A stretch of DNA of 64,000 nt from assembly GCA_965202585.1 (NCBI GenBank), contig OZ241832.1:48670001-48734000 (forward strand), written 5' to 3'. Positions 61,701-64,000 of this stretch are shown in pieces. The translations under genes and the position numbers were made by a program. This DNA comes from Thalia democratica. Taxonomy: Eukaryota. Within the stretch, counting starts at the first letter, position 1. Every line of letters starts with the position of its first letter. The notes below the pieces were generated by a model, which had not been told where the DNA came from, made no database searches, and was given only the letters and a program-made list of their open reading frames with translations.

Positions 61701-62145
61701 TAATTTTTTATCAAACTAAACAAATCAAGATTACAGCTTTTGTCTTTAAAAGGTAAAACTGAAAAAACAAAATTATTAATGTAAGACTCGATGTAAAACG
61801 TGGGCGTATAAAAAAAACATTTTATTTCAAGTATAAAACTTCATTGAAAAGTTTTACTTGGGCTAATTTTTATAACATCTGCTTTACTTATTAACAAAAA
61901 GTACGAACCCAACAGGGGATTCTCTCGGTTTCTCGAACATCCACCAGGGGCGCAGGTTCAGCACTTGGGACAGGGACAACGCGCACAGGTGCGGCATGAA
62001 TTACAAGTCGGGGTGGTGGTACCGCCACTGCTTCGCCACCAACCTCAACACCGTGCACGGCAGCTCCTTCTTCAAGTGGTTCTCTCCGCAAGATGGCAAC
62101 ATCGAGCTGCAGTACGCAAGCATGATGATCACGCCGAGAAACTGA
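52776..62145 (+). CDS. Secreted coiled-coil fibrinogen-related (angiopoietin-like architecture) protein, 659 aa. Exons 52776-53060, 53308-53468, 57149-58053, 58273-58409, 59710-59806, 60066-60162, 61514-61581, 61916-62145
   Basis: Signal peptide MKFFFALILVLLIG and a long coiled coil. FReD motifs follow: PESCQDI..GVYNIYP..VYCEM...GWI, NW..Y.NGFG.LSENYWIG.EN.HLLT, RIDL, F.IGDE..GY.L..G.Y.GTAGDSL, FSTWDRDN, GWWY..C...NLN. All 7 GT-AG junctions keep frame (1980 nt in total). Confidence 0.93.
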
Positions 62146-62162
62146 AGTTTTAGAATACGCAA

Positions 62163-62391
62163 CAGTCTTCTTTTTTGAGTACGCACTTTTAAGGTACGCA
62201 CTTTTTAGGTTCACTTTTCTTGTTCAGTACGTACTTCTAAGGAACGAACTCTTAGGTACGCACTTCCTCGAGTTCGCACTTTTGAGCTGATTATTTTGTT
62301 TTAGAATGTAATTTTCTATTTAGACTTGTAAGGGCTTTGAAAAAATCTCAAAAGTTTTTTATTAAAAGTGCGTACTCAAGAAAGGTTACTG
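62163..62391. mobile_element. About 230-bp Tc1/pogo-type MITE just downstream of the FReD stop codon
   Basis: TIRs CAGTCTTCTTTTTGAGTACGCACTTTT / AAAAGTGCGTACTCAAGAAAGGTTACTG, TA on the right flank, and internal GTACGCACTT repeats. Confidence 0.65.
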
Positions 62392-63927
62392 TAATATGTA
62401 AATGCATTGAACCGATATTTTTACAGATATTTTATTCAAAAAGTTAGTGCTGAATTTTATACTGACGTTCTACTTACTTAAACTGGAAATTAAAAACGAG
62501 TTTGTTAGTAGAAAAAATTGTATGTTTTAAAAAAAGTTCCATATTTTCCTAAAAGTGTTTCGCTTGCTTGTGCTGTGTTATATTTTCTAATTTAACTAGT
62601 TTTCTTAACTTATTTTGCTTGTGCTTAATTATTTCTGTTAAACAGTGATGATGACTGACTTAGCAAATCACTTTGCTAAAACAGTTATAGATAGAAACTT
62701 GTATTTTTAATTGTAAAACTTTCTAAAAAACAAACACTAAACTAGATAAATTTCATAAACTAATGCTTTCGTCGTTGACAGTCCACATCAGTTAATTTTT
62801 TGATCAAAGTTGTCAGCAATGTTTTTAAATTTAATACTTTTATTTAATACTATACAACGCAAAATTAAAGTTTCATATGCAAACATATTAAAACCATACC
62901 TACATTACCATATGTAAAAAAGTAAGTTTGTTACGTTTTAGAAATATATTTTATTTAACAAAGTTCATACAAATAAATTTAACCCAAACGTTTAGATTTT
63001 TTAAATTTAACCTACTAATTATTTCAAAGTAAAAAAAAATGTCTCTAAATATTTGAACATACCAATGCTTCTTTTTATTTATATTTAGTATTTTTGATTT
63101 TTACTAAACCGGTAATTATATGTATTATATATAAAATAAATTAAACTAGTTATAATTACAAATTAAATGACGTTGACGAAAAAGTAAGGTGTAGGTTTTT
63201 TCAATATTTATTTTTTCTAATGATTTTTTTTTTAATTAGTTAAGGTATAAATTGTATATATTTTTAATAATTACTAAAATACAATATTAGCATTTAAACG
63301 TCTGACCTACTCTAACAAAAAAGAAGGTAGTCTATTGTTAGATAAATTTTGAAAATAGAATAAAGCTTGCATAAAAGATTTTTAATGAAGTATCATTTTC
63401 AATTGATAGAAACAGCTTTCTAACTATTTTTTTAAATGTTTTTTGCATCTTCGTTCTGAACAAGATCTAAAAAATAACAATATTACCTCAAAAAAAGTTT
63501 ACCGTTTAACACAAGCGCTTCATCATAAGAGTAATATCATTTATTTATTATTGCAATCACTATACACTACTTTACGTGTTTATTTACATTAATGATAATA
63601 ATAAGTTAAAAGAAAATTAAATTTTATCAAATTTTAATAATTCACACAAGTTTTCTACTAACACTGTTGAGTTGAAACATTTTTTAAACACATATTTTTA
63701 CATTTTCAACATTACACGTAAGACTCGATAAATTAACTAAATATAAGCATTATTTTAGAAAATTTTTATGTTTCTAATTTTTTCGATATTTATTTTTTAA
63801 ATCTATAATAGATTTATCTATGATGTTATAGTTTTAACCGAGAAAATATTTAAAACTTAAAATTTTATATAAACACATTAGTAGCAAATTGGGCGAGGTT
63901 TAATCATTGCACTTCGGTTAAACTGAC

Positions 63928-64000
63928 CTCTGCGATTGTTCCAAATACGAACAACTCGGCCGTACAATTTCTCCCATGGGGAACATGCGTTCGCGCAGTC
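63928..64000 (-). CDS. Probable coding exon of an unidentified gene, cut by the window edge
   Basis: A GC-rich stretch open in all three minus frames ends at AG|GTCAGT, the same donor used twice in NUDCD3. The frame cannot be determined. Confidence 0.4.

Noticed and set aside
2106-61703. Short low-complexity F/L/I/K/N-rich ORFs (e.g. 2106, 3485, 14826, 21814, 29001, 30739, 47065, 48352, 59174, 60150)
   Set aside because: Chance ORFs in AT-rich introns, intergenic DNA or MITEs, with no coding-type composition.
62170-62290. Spaced GTACGCACTT units (and the TCGTGCAAAA arrays) as a CRISPR array
   Set aside because: Eukaryotic context, units too short and irregular, enclosed by TIRs, and no cas genes.
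62641-62690. GTGATGA as a C/D snoRNA C box
   Set aside because: No properly spaced D box (CTGA) or terminal stem.

Overview
Very AT-rich eukaryotic genomic DNA from an invertebrate animal (spliceosomal introns, animal gene families; the transposon repertoire resembles hydrozoan cnidarians as I recall them, but the species cannot be determined). I rebuilt gene models by hand from splice sites and reading-frame phase. They are: the 3' part of NUDCD3 (+, 4 exons); a GPI-anchor-type serine protease with (TSP1-EGF)x2 (-, 2 exons); an unidentified GC-rich pseudogene exon; a Rho-fold protein lacking all GTP-binding motifs (+, 4 exons, about 278 aa); acylphosphatase (-, 3 exons); a divergent TMEM101 (-); three tandem intronless PGAM5 paralogs (-), one of which has lost its catalytic residues; an 8-exon secreted coiled-coil fibrinogen-domain protein (+, 659 aa); and a probable exon cut by the right edge. 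Mobile DNA includes a Penelope-like fragment ending in a hammerhead-ribozyme-like motif, a deleted Ty3/gypsy LTR element nested in a short repeat, a 5'-truncated CR1/L2-type LINE, several MITE families and a 735-bp fold-back. The strongest leads are the two intact pseudo-enzymes, possible operon-like/trans-spliced expression of the PGAM5 trio, the 14-residue polar-core coiled coil, and non-consensus splice donors. No database searches or computations were run; all family assignments come from remembered motifs.
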